Positions 25,201-36,853 of a DNA stretch of 64,000 bases are shown here, piece by piece (the first letter of the stretch is position 1; each line of letters opens with the position of its first letter). A program made the position numbers and the translations under genes. Under the pieces are notes generated by a model. That model had not been told where the DNA came from. It was given only the letters and a program-made list of their open reading frames with translations, and searched no databases. Source of the stretch: Negaprion brevirostris. Taxonomy: Eukaryota. The stretch lies in contig JARDVH010000001.1 of the NCBI GenBank assembly GCA_030324005.1, positions 58,743,134-58,807,133 on the forward strand, written 5' to 3'.

Positions 25201-26756
25201 AGTACAATACAGTAAAACCCTGGATTTTTAAACATAAAAAATAAATGTAAAAGTAGCAATCCAACAGGAATTAACACCTTGATATATTAATAGCTGCATT
25301 TTTACAGTTCATATTACAAGATCTGTAGATCAAATTTTAAACATTAATGGCCTACAATTAAATTAGAAACTCTAGGAAGAAAAGCTATATGGATAATCAA
25401 AAAGTTACACTATGAAACATGGCATTGCATGTACTGTAAATATGTAAAATATACTTGCATGTTTTAGGCTAAGCTTTTCCTACTTCTAATAAGGTAGAGA
25501 CTTGCCAAGGTACCTCAATCAGTAGCTGACAATTTTCAGCAACAATTTACACATAAAAGTACCTATTTTATCTCTGTTGATTTGTAAATATGGATATCAC
25601 GTATTCCTGATCAGAAATGATTATTTAAATTCAATATTGGAATACTTGCACTTTGCTTCAGTCTAACAAGTGTGTTATTTCAAAACCTTTATCTTCAGAG
25701 TCACATTTACAACAGACTATAAAACTGGAATGCATTACGAAGGAGTTAGCTTCAACCTGGTTCATCAAGGTTTCACTGTATTATATACTGTAATATACAG
25801 GCACATTATTTTATACAAAACACAATGAACTGCTGCAGGAAATTTGGCTAGGCTGTCAAATTAGAATTGTGTTTAAAAGTGGCAAGTCCCAAGCTGTGTC
25901 AAAACAGTTTCAGCTGCCCCAGGAAATCTCATAAGATATACAATGCAGTTTGAGATACACTATAATACAATCTTTAAAGTCTTTAAAAAAAATAAACATC
26001 AATATACAATTATCACAAAATTCAATATTTAATCTAATCAATAAAAGCTTGAAGAGTTTTTAAGCACACAGAAATCTGGCAGTAGTTGCAACCCGTTTAC
26101 AGATGGCAGCCATGCCCAACTCTTGCTAGACGAATGCATGTCTGTAGGCTTCCTCCCGCTGTACTTCATCCAGCAATTTTCTTCTAAAGGATGCACCCAC
26201 GGCACTGTAAACTGAAGTGCTCTGCTTTAAGTCAATGGATGAGAGAAGGCTCTGTTCATGCAGGTCTTTGCACTGATATGCACAGTTCACTTCTAAAAAT
26301 GCTACATTAGCCAGGGACAAGGCTAGGTACCTGTAAACATTAGTATTCCTCTGTACCCACTTCTGTGACAGTGGTGTGGACTCAAGGAAGCCATTTCTGT
26401 TGGTTCAGATTCTCAATGTCGATGTCAGGAGGTGAAATGGTTCCTTTGTCTACTGGCTACAAAGGAGATGCAATGGCCTGAGAGTTCAAGACCGCATCAT
26501 AAAGTTCAAATTTAAGTCCCCCACCTTTGCTGTGTGAACATAATCTCTGAAATTTCTATGTTATTAGGGACTGAAAATAAATGGCTATTTAACTCTTGAG
26601 AAATCAAGATTAGGTTCTATAAGTAAAAAGACATCACTGATGTCATAGTAAAAAAAATTCAAACTTCCAGTGAATGACTGAACAAACTTGATGGCTCACC
26701 CACCAAGTCCACTGTTACTGCATACCACCATTCCATAAGAATTTTCAATGCAGGAG
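22236..26756 (-). other. Probable long 3' UTR of MIER3
   Basis: AT-rich and without recognisable repeats, directly downstream of the stop codon. Minus-strand AATAAA at 24382-24387 and 23041-23046. The true end is unknown. Confidence 0.5.
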
Positions 26757-27321
26757 TCACTCTGATTGGAGAGCTGTGTGCTGGTGTAGTGCATGGGGAT
26801 TGATGAAGCCATTTGCTTCACTACCAGACAAGCTGCTAAAATCTGCAACTGAAACAGACATTTTGGCACTAGTGATGTGATGTGTGCGATTTTCGAACTC
26901 CACACCCAGGTTATTTACAGAAACGTCATTGATAAAAGATTCTTGAACAGCAATCCCCATTTTCAATCTCTTTGCAGGCCTTTCAGANNNNNNNNNNNNN
27001 NNNNNNNNNNNNNNNNNNNNNNNNNNNNNNNNNNNNNNNNNNNNNNNNNNNNNNNNNNNNNNNNNNNNNNNNNNNNNNNNNNNNNNNCAGATTCATCGTT
27101 GCACATACTTATCTGGTTTAAATCAGAATGGTAGAATCCAGTCTCAAATAAATTTAGACAGTCTGTGTCACCATTTGTAGGCAAACCAAGTGATTCTTCT
27201 ATTAAAACAGGCACGTGGGTAGTTGGTCCCTTTGAGTGTAAGCTCTCTAATGGAGGAAAATTATAGGAATCCAAACAGTTTACATCTGCTACGTTGCATG
27301 TTGTACCAACGCTGGTTAGTG
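26757..27321 (-). CDS. MIER3: MIER3 last coding exon (contains an artefactual 100-N gap)
   Basis: tttttttag|CA. Encodes [25 protein letters not shown]...[22 protein letters not shown][gap][17 protein letters not shown]...[15 protein letters not shown], matching the recalled human MIER3 C-terminus. Confidence 0.95.
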
Positions 27322-28359
27322 CTAAAAAAAGAAAGGAAAATATTACTATCTTTGAACTTCACAGATGTTATCTAAAGTACAAATGCAGCTGAAAAACTTG
27401 TTACCAAAAGTTGTATTGTCAAAAGAGGAACTAGACTTTAAAATAATTTAAAGAGTAGCCAAGTTAAATATAAAACAACTTGGCAATTGAAGTACTGAAG
27501 TGTATTACTGCTAAACAATTTGGAGTACAAACACACACAACTGATTCTGAACTGCCTGCCATAACCGAAAGGTCACTTTTATTCTTTTCAACACAGAAGT
27601 TAAATACATTAAGGATTCAGCTTCAGCACACCCTACTGTCATGGTTTTATTTCCTATTTCTTTTTAGCTAAAATATCCTTTTACAAAAGCATACATTTTA
27701 GACATAACCATCACAGGAATGCCATTAATTTTTATTTGTCAGTTATCTTACCAACTGGACAGTATCACATATGGCTGACTAAACTCAATCATCAAAACAT
27801 GGATAAGTATGACATAGAAAAAAAACAAAGCAGCAGAAATAAGCTCAGGTTACATCTGTGAAGAGGTAAGCTGTACATTGTAGATTCTGGTCAGTTTTAC
27901 AAATAATTGCACTGGTCAATTTATTTATTTTTTACATGATTTTAATTTTAAACTTAATCACCATGCCCCTTTCCAGAATCAGTTTGGCTTTACCCTTCTA
28001 TCCCCAATCAGGTGGGTTTGCAAACTCTCTGCTTCTTCCTTAAGCAGAGGACCAAACAATCCCCATCCACCCACCCGGCTGAACGTGTACTGTCATTAAG
28101 TAATTGCCCTTTAACTTGTCTCACTTCCTGCAAGAGGGCTGGCTATGGATACCCACAAAGGCCCCAGTTATGCCAGTGGAACACTTGTGGTTCCAGTCCC
28201 ACTCAGAACTCTTTCTCCTTTACATCGGTGCTGCTTCACGCTCACTTCTGGACCTGGAAAAATGTATCACTTTTGCTTCCAATTTCCACCATGCTCGCAC
28301 CTTCATGTGATCTATCTCAGATACTTTCCTCTGTCTCCATTTCTGGCAATATTTGTAAA

Positions 28360-28915
28360 ATATTGATTAGACCTCAACTAGGTATGAGACAATGGTTCTG
28401 CCTTAACATGAGTAAAGAGTTCAGTTTTGGGTACCTCAATTTAAATAGGCAGAGTGCAAATAAGATTCAAAAGAATGGATCCAGGAATGAAGAACTTCAG
28501 CACAATGGATAATTTGGAGAGGCTGGAGCTATTTTCCTTGTAGAAGAGAAGGTTGAGAGTAGATTTGATAGAGATATTCAAAATCAAGAGGAGCCTGGAC
28601 TGAGAAGATAGAGCAAAACCGTTCCAACTGGCAGAAGCATTGAGAACAAGAGGACAAGAAATTTTAGGTAATTGGTAACAAAACCAATGGAGAAACTTTC
28701 ACATAGCACGTGAATAGGATCTAAGAAGCCACTGCCTGAAAGTGTTGGAGGCAGATTCAATCAAGGCACTCAAGAGGTGGTTTGAAAGTGAGTAATGTGC
28801 AGGATTGTAGAAAGAAGGCAGGGGAATTGCATTAGGCGAATTGCTCGTTCAAAAGAGTTGCCACAAATATGATGGGCTACATGATCTCCTTCTGTGCTGT
28901 AATAATTCTGTGATT
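28360..28915 (+). mobile_element. Degraded CR1 LINE 3' part
   Basis: LIRPQL, LELFSL.KRRLRVDLIEIFKI, and the characteristic tail. Confidence 0.7.
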
Positions 28916-30382
28916 AATGTTCTAATTCCAGGGAAATTAAGCCTGACCTATGCAATCTTTCCTCATAAACTAATCTTTGGAATCCTGGTAACATTCTGAT
29001 GAATCTATGCCACGCTATTTCCATGGTTAATATTACCCAGGTACAATATCCAGGACCATACACATAGCCCATATGTGGTCTAACCAGGGCTTTGAACAGC
29101 TACAACAAAATTTACTACAAAATATATGTCACCTTTCTCGTTTTTGGCCAACAGTCCATTACTCAGTTTTGTACCCGACTGCTAGATTTTACAGTACTTT
29201 ACAAAAATTTAATGTATTCATAAATCAATCAAATCACTGTGGGACACCAATGACAGTCATGAACACGTACATTTTCAATGAGCTTAGGAAATGAATTACC
29301 AATAAAAGGATTGGATAATGTGCTCTTCTTCCACCACTGGTTGACAGTGATTCATGACAGGAAATTCACAGATTTGTGGATTTTTAATCAGGGTTGTGCT
29401 TTCAGTCATTTTCTGTGAAAGCTGCAAACAAGATTTCGTTCTCAAGGTTGCACTACCTCAATGTTGCTATCTAAAGTTGTTCTCTTGTTCCATCCATTAA
29501 AAAAACACAAAATTACAATTTTTACAAATGTTCTGGAACTGTAAAAATGGATTTCTGGATTATTTGTTCAGAATAAAATACTGGATAAACTACTGGACCT
29601 AAAATAACTAAAGTTATTAAAGTAAACAAACAATTCTACAAATAAATGAAGCTCTGAAAGGTCCCTTAGATTTATTTTGTGCTACTAATTTATCTAGAGT
29701 GAATATAAAAATTGTCCATTCATTTGGGTTTCAAGTCTAAAAAGGTCTCTTCAGCATCACATTTTAGTTCTACGGGACCCACTCCTCCATCATATGCACA
29801 TAGAAGTGTACAGGGATACATAATAAATAGCATTAGAATCAACATTTCAATTTTCTACAAGTATATTTTGATTTCTGTAAACCTAATTCATGTTGGTAAC
29901 CAATCAAGGACATTAAGAAAAAGGCTGCCATTCACAAAGACACTGGTCAGCTTATTCAACAGAAATGAGTGATAAAATCATGAAACTTTTGATCTGGTAG
30001 CCATGTATAGGAGTGTCCTAGCTATGCCAAGGCCACATGTAACTTCAGAGTTCTGTAAATCCATTCAAGAAAGCCCCCAAAGGCAATCTTAGTCCTATTG
30101 GGTACATCGGTTTCTTATTTTGTGAACCTGAGGGACTGGACTGGATTACCATTTTACAAGTGGATAAATTCTTCAAAACACCTAGATTCTTTCAATACCA
30201 TCAAACTGGGGTGCATGCAAAATTAGTAGAATGTCAGTGTCCACAAAGACAAAACTTGAACATCAGGGGGAGCAGGTGTTCTCCCCTTACATGATCATAA
30301 AAACTCAAATTCACAATTTGAAGTGTTTGAATCTTCAGATTACATTTTTTGCTTGAAAACATTAAATGTGTACAGTTCTTAC

Positions 30383-30525
30383 CAGAAAACTCATGTCCAG
30401 AGCTCATTAGGCTGTGATCAGAAATTGTTTCTGGTCTGCTGACAGAAGAACACATAGATGGAGAATGTACCGATCGACTTAACATTCCCATCTCTGCCTC
30501 ATCTACCAGACGGTCCATGTAATCC
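30383..30525 (-). CDS. MIER3: MIER3 exon 12 equivalent
   Basis: ttttcag|G...TCTG|gtaaga. Encodes DYMDRLVDEAEMGMLSRSVHSPSMCSSVSRPETISDHSLMSSGHEFS. Confidence 0.93.
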
Positions 30526-30739
30526 CTGAAAAAGATACCTTAAAAATAAACTTTTGCACAAGGTATTAAAATTTAAAGCATATTGAAATAAACTTGATAA
30601 TTCCAGATAAGAAGGACTCTACCTAACTGCAATACCGTGTTTAAAACTGCACTGTGATGGAAAGTACCATCCAAAGAAAAAGCTTTCTCCTTGTGTTACA
30701 TCAAGTCCATCCATTCAAGAATCAATGAAAAATTATTTA

Positions 30740-31690
30740 AGTATGTTGTCAATGACTTTTTTCACAAATTATGGGGAGAGAGTGAATACGCATGACATCA
30801 AGGCAACATTTGACTGAGTTTGCTTTCAAGAAGTCTAAGCAAAATTGAGGTTCTTGCAATTGGAGTGGGGAGAACACTCCTATTGTTGGAGACATAACCA
30901 GCATAAAGGAAGACGGTTTCAGTTGTTGGGAGGTCAATTATCTCAGTCTCAGGATATCACAATTGGAGTTCCTCACAATACTGTCTTATGTACAACCATC
31001 TTCTACTTCATCAATGACCTTTCCTCCATCATAATGTCAGAATTGGAGATGTTTGTGATGGTTGAATGTTTAGAGCCACTTGTGACTCCTTGGTTATGAA
31101 AGTAGCCCATACCCTCATGCAGAAAGATCTGGACAATATTCATGGTTGGACTTATAAATTGCAAGTAAGGTTCACCAGACCATGACATCTCCATAAGGTA
31201 GAATATAAAACCTGTTCAGTGGCTGCACCACTGCATAAACTCCCATCATTGTCCTGGGGCTTATCATGAACCAGGAACTTAACAGGATCATCCATATAAA
31301 TATGGTAGCTACAAGAACCAGTCAGAAGCTGGAAAATATGGGGCAAGTAACACACCTACTGACCAAAGTCTGTCCACTATCTCCACAGCACAAGTCAGGA
31401 GTGTGATGGAAAACTCAACACTTGCCTGAATGAGGGCAGTAGATGCATAGGAACACCAGTACCTTCAAATTGCACACTACCTTGACTTGGAATTATATTG
31501 TATTTTATCACTGTCACTGGTTCAAAAACTTGTAATTCCCTTCCTAACGGCATTATGTATGCTTATACCACATGGACTTCGGGGGTTCAAGGCGGCAGCT
31601 CACCACCATCTTCTTGAGGGCAATTAGAGATAGACAACAAATGTTGGCCATGTCAGTGACAATCATATTCCATGTAATGAAAAAAAATGA
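30740..31690 (+). mobile_element. Degraded CR1/L2-clade LINE (second family)
   Basis: GVPH..VL..TIF..FINDLSS, KAQVRSVME, and tail ttcaaggcggcagctcaccaccatcttcttgagggcaattag. The same family lies on the minus strand at ~1860-2015 and 45210-46800. Confidence 0.7.
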
Positions 31691-31814
31691 TTACTGCAGA
31701 TCTAGATCAACTCATGGTGTAGGACACCANNNNNNNNNNCCTGAAAGGAGCAAGAGGACAAGCTAAGTCAAGCAGCAACTTCCAAAAGTGTGAATCAATA
31801 ACTGACATACCATA

Positions 31815-33320
31815 TTAAGGAACATAATCATTTGATCCCAAGAGCCCACTCTGCCACTCAACTAGATCATGGTCAATCTGCTTCAATGTAATTTTCCCAC
31901 ACCATCCAAAATCTCAATATCTTTAATATCTAGGAGTCTATTGGTCTCTGTTTTGAACATATGATTAAGCCTTCACAGCCCTCTGAGGTTGAGAATTTCA
32001 AAGGTTCACCACCATCTCATGAAGAAATTCCTCTTCATTTCAGTCCTAAATGGCCTGGCCCATATTTTGCGACTGTGACCCCTGGTTCTAGGAACACTAT
32101 TCCTGTTTGAGATCATCTCTCATTCTTCTAAAAACTAGAGAGTATAGGCCCAGCCTTCTTGATCTCTCCTCAAAGCGAGGAATCAGTTTGGTGGACCTTT
32201 GTTGCCTTCTCCCTACGGCAAGCATATCCAGTCATGAATAAGGAGACCAAAACTGTGCACAATGCTCCAGATGCAGTCTCACCTGGTTCTATACTAATAC
32301 AGCATGACTTCTTACTCCTGTACTCAAATCCTCTTGCAATCAAGGCCAACATACCTTTTCTCTCCTAATTGCTTGTTCTATCTGCACATTAGCTTTCCGT
32401 GATTTATGAACAAGGATACCCAAGTCCCTCTGAACATCAATACTTCCCAAGTTCCCAGCATTTAAGACATACTCTGCATTTCGGTTCTTCCTACCAAAGT
32501 GGATAACTTCATATTTTCCCATATTATATTCCATTTGCCCTGTTTTTGCCCACTCACTTAGCTTAAGTCAAAATCCCCTGAAGCCTGTTTGTATCCCTCC
32601 CACTACCCACATACCTACCTAGTTTTGTGTAATCAGCAAACTATGAAATATTACATTTGGCTCCCACATCTAAATCATTGTTGTAGATCGTGAATAGCTG
32701 AGACTCAAGCACTGATCCCTGTGGTACCCCACTACTCTCAGTCTGCCAGCCTGAGAAGACTCATTTTCCTTATATTTCCTTCTGTTAGCCAACCTCCAAT
32801 CCATGCCAGTATACAAGCCCCAATTCCATGTGCTCTTATTTTGCTTATTGGCCTCTTGTGTGGGACCTCATCAAAAGTCTCCTGAAAATCCAAATCACCA
32901 CATCCATGGTGATCCCTTATCTATCCTGCTGGTTATATCATAAAACTGTTAACAGGTTTATCTAACATGATCTTCCTTTCTGTACTGAATCCTACATTAT
33001 TTTTAAATGCTCAGTACAGTTTTGGTCTTCCTGAGACAGGAAAGACATTGATAAACTGAAAGAATGCAAAGAAAATGTAAGATGTTGTTATCAGGACTAG
33101 TGGGTCTGAATTATAGGGAGAGATTGACCAGGAGAATGAGGAGTGATCTTATAAAATCACGAGAGGGATAGATAGGATCAATGCACAGAGTCTTTACCCC
33201 TATTTCTGCGCTATATTTATTACTGTATGACATTCTTTTTAAGAGTTTAACATTTTCTCTACTACTGATGTCAGGTTAACAAGTCTGTAGTTCCCCATTT
33301 TCCCTTTCTCATTTCTTAAA
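31815..33320 (-). mobile_element. Degraded CR1 LINE
   Basis: Minus strand has MEYNMGKYEVIHFGRKN, MLALIARGFEYRSK, GVPQGSVL and DFQETFDEVPH. Confidence 0.85.
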
Positions 33321-33377
33321 TATATTCTTCAGTGCAGAACTGAGTGCTGCATTGTCCTCAGATTAAACCTATGGCAT

Positions 33378-33521
33378 AAATAAAAACAAAGTGGTAGAAA
33401 ATCTCAACAGGTGTGGTAGTGGTTCTGGAGAAGAATCATACTGGACTCGAAACGTCAACTCTACTTTTTTGTACAAATGTTTCTATTCCTGCTAAGTTTA
33501 TTCAGCATTTTCTGTTTTTAT
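33378..33521. repeat. Penelope-derived inverted-terminus element (relatives at ~6445-6545, 8480-8545, 13495-13672, 14420-14560, 21405-21462, 62885-62980)
   Basis: Shared motif (aaaacagaaaatgctgg...cagcatctgtgg.gagagaaacagagttaacgtttc) in both orientations. The ends are reverse complements (ataaaaaca...tgtttttat). Confidence 0.6.
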
Positions 33522-33558
33522 ATCTACTTATAATAGTCTTGCTACTGTTACCGACTTA

Positions 33559-33687
<129 letters not shown>

Positions 33688-33889
33688 CTATAGAAACAAC
33701 GAAAAAAAGCCTTTCAGAACGAGATACTCCAAATTAATCTACATAAACAAAAAAATCTATTAGTTGATAAAATATTCTGAATTTAGAAGTTTTTAAATTA
33801 TCAAATACATTATCAAAATCAAGCTTCTTCAATGTGGGCAAGAACAACCTATATCAGATCCCTTCACTTGGGTGTAATTGTGCCTGTGT

Positions 33890-34320
33890 CAGACATGGCT
33901 CAGATGGCAACATTCTTCTTGCCTTGCAGGCAGAAGATTGTGGGTTCAAATTCCACTTCACTTCTTGAGCACAGTGCTAAACTCCAGTGCAGTGCAGTGC
34001 AAGAGAGTGCAACTCTATTGGAGATGCTGTCTTGTGGATCACGATGATTTGGAGGAGGGAACCGAGTGTATGGTGTCGAAATTTGCTGATGACACCAAGA
34101 TTGGTGGAACGGCAAATTGCGCGGANNNNNNNNNNNNNNNNNNNNNNNNNNNNNNNNNNNNNNNNNNNNNNNNNNNNNNNNNNNNNNNNNNNNNNNNNNN
34201 NNNNNNNNNNNNNNNNNNNNNNNNNCCATGATCTTATTGAATGGCGGGGCAGGCTCTAAGGGCTAGATGGCCTACTCCTGCTCCTATTTCTTATGTTCTT
34301 ATATTAAAGCTATGTTTGGG
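33890..34320 (+). mobile_element. Deu-SINE (SacSINE1-like) interrupted by a young CR1 copy (~34040-34302, gapped)
   Basis: tRNA-like head (tggctcagatgg...gggttcaaattcc) and Deu-like core (actccagtgcag...gagtgc...ggagatgctgtctt). The inserted LINE reads [22 protein letters not shown], then gap and tail. Confidence 0.65.
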
Positions 34321-34654
34321 ACATACTTTGGTGTGGGTTGCTATGGTCAGCTGGCTGTAGAATACCACTGTCGGTATGTGGGAATCCTCTATGTAAATAA
34401 AATGGCTGATCCAATGAAACACAGCATTGACAAGCATGCACTTGAAACCAGGTGTGTTGCAAGAACTTTAAAGATAGGGATTTAGTTCTGATGTTGCAGA
34501 TAGATCTTAAGCAGCAAAGGTAGAATGTATCTGGTTGTTTTATGTGAGACTGGTGAGGTAGTTCATGCCTCACAGTCACAAAGAATTGAAAGGAATGATG
34601 TCAGAACCACTGCCTGATGCACTTGGACTGTTGTTTTGAGCCAACTTCACACTC

Positions 34655-35075
34655 TCCCCAAAGTCCACACTTTGGACTGTGGGAGAAAACTGGAGCACCC
34701 TGAGGAAATCCATGTAGACACGGGGAGAAAGTGCAAACTCCACACAAGCAGTGACCTGAGGCTGGAATTGAACTTGGGTCCCTGGTGCTTTGTGACAGCA
34801 GTGGTAACCACTGTGCCGCCCTATAGAATTCCTACAGTGCAGAAGGAGGCCATCCACCCATTGAGGTTGCACCACCAACAATCCCACGCAGGTCCTTTCC
34901 CCATAACCCTACATATTCGTTATGGCCTATGCACTTAACTAGCAGGTCGTTCAGACTGCGGGAAGAAACCGGAGCACTGGAGGATATCCCTGCAGACATG
35001 GGGAGAACGTGCAGGCTCTGCAAAGAAAGTGACCAAAGGCTGGAATCGAACCCGGGTCCCTTGCACTGTATGGAG
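34655..35075 (-). mobile_element. Two adjacent V-SINE (HE1-like) copies
   Basis: Reverse-complement V-domain (gggagaaaactggagcaccctgaggaaatccatg...) and B-box (ggaatcgaacccggg). Confidence 0.8.
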
Positions 35076-35533
35076 TCTTGCGAACAGGTCCTATCCAACA
35101 TGATTTACTGTGCTTCAACAGCTTCAAGCAATCAAATATGATTGGGATGAGAGATTTGCAGACATCTTCATTAAATTTAGCAGGATGAGGAAAGACACCT
35201 TCTAATTCATTACTCATGCCTCACGTCACAAAGACTCAGATCACACCATCATAAACAATACTGATGGGGTCACCATCCATAACTGCTCATCAGGTACATG
35301 AACACTAAAATAGGTTTTAGCCACCTTCTCAAGTAGAAATGGACAGTAAATGATAGCCTTGCCAGCAATGTTGACATCGCAAGAATTAATCTTAAAAATC
35401 ATTTTATGATTTTAAGCAGGCTTGAAGGGCTGAATTGGCCACTCCTGCTCCTAATTCCAATGTTCCTATGCTTCCCAATTCAAAAGTTTGTAAGATATAC
35501 TCAAAGAGTAAATAGCCTTAAAACTGTAATTTA

Positions 35534-35674
<141 letters not shown>

Positions 35675-35785
35675 TTAAGTAAACTGAAATTAGGATCACA
35701 GAACCTAAAATCCTACAAATGCTCCATTCATAATATCTAAATGTATTATCAGGCTGGGTTTTAAGTCAACAGAAGGAATAACATT

Positions 35786-36088
35786 TAGAATCATAGAATC
35801 CCTACAGTGTAGAAAGAGGCTCTTCAGCTCATCAAGTCTGCGCTGACAACAATCCCACTGAGGCCCAATCCTCACAACCCCATGCATCCACCCTATTAAT
35901 CCTCCTGACGCTAAGAGGCAATTTAGCATGGCTAATCAACCTGACCTGCACATTCAGTGAAACCGGAGCACCCAGAGGAAACCCACGCAGACAGGGGGAA
36001 TCTTGCAAACTCGACATGGTCACCCGAAGCTGGAATTGAACCCAGGCCCTTGGCACTGTAAGGCAACAGTGCTAACCAGTGTGCTACA
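35786..36088 (-). mobile_element. HE1-like V-SINE
   Basis: Tail agaatcatagaatccctacag, V-domain and tRNA head, all on the minus strand. Confidence 0.85.
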
Positions 36089-36853
36089 TACTTGCCACCA
36101 GCTACAGAGAAAGCTGGCCACAAAGATACAGCAATCTCTGTGATGTATATTCTTCCTTTCTCCACAGGAGGTTCAATCTGATATTGAGTTAAGAAAATCG
36201 CCAGGCATCCAGCACTCATATCAACAAGCAGAATAAGCAACCCAATCACACTGAATTATCCTCAAAATAGCAAACCAGGAAGTTAAAAGCATTAGCAGTT
36301 TTAATTGACATTTTTACATAGTGACATAAATGATGTTTCAATTAAGATAGAAGCAATATGACAGATAAACTTTAAAATATTTTTAAATGTGAAATTTTTA
36401 AAAAATCATAAGAGAAATATAAATTCCACAAATAATTTAACTTCTCAAGACCTATTTAGGAGGTCTGGTGGTATAGCAAGTAGTGTCTCTGCTTCTGAGC
36501 CAGAAGCTCCAGGTTCAAGCCCTACTCAAAGGTAAAAATGGCTAAGGAAGCCATGGTTAAATGCGCTGAGTATTAAATTGTAAAGCCTTTCAACACATAC
36601 CAATGGTAGGCAGTAAGAGTAGGAAATAAGAGTAGGAAATATTTCTCGTGGTGGTGGTGGTTTGGTTTAGACCAGTGCCAAAAGCATGGGATTTGATTCC
36701 CATTCTGGCTGGGGTGGACTCAGGGTCTGCCTCCTTCCATTGCTCATGGTGAANNNNNNNNNNNNNNNNNNNNNNNNNNNNNNNNNNNNNNNNNNNNNNN
36801 NNNNNNNNNNNNNNNNNNNNNNNNNNNNNNNNNNNNNNNNNNNNNNNNNNNNN

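Noticed and set aside
26126-26905. Extra minus-strand ORFs of 64-69 aa overlapping or following the MIER3 stop
   Set aside because: Alternative-frame or UTR ORFs of chance length with no homology.
28012-28512. 166-aa + strand ORF as a nested gene
   Set aside because: Runs into a degraded CR1 fragment, has no domain, and has no ATG or splice support.
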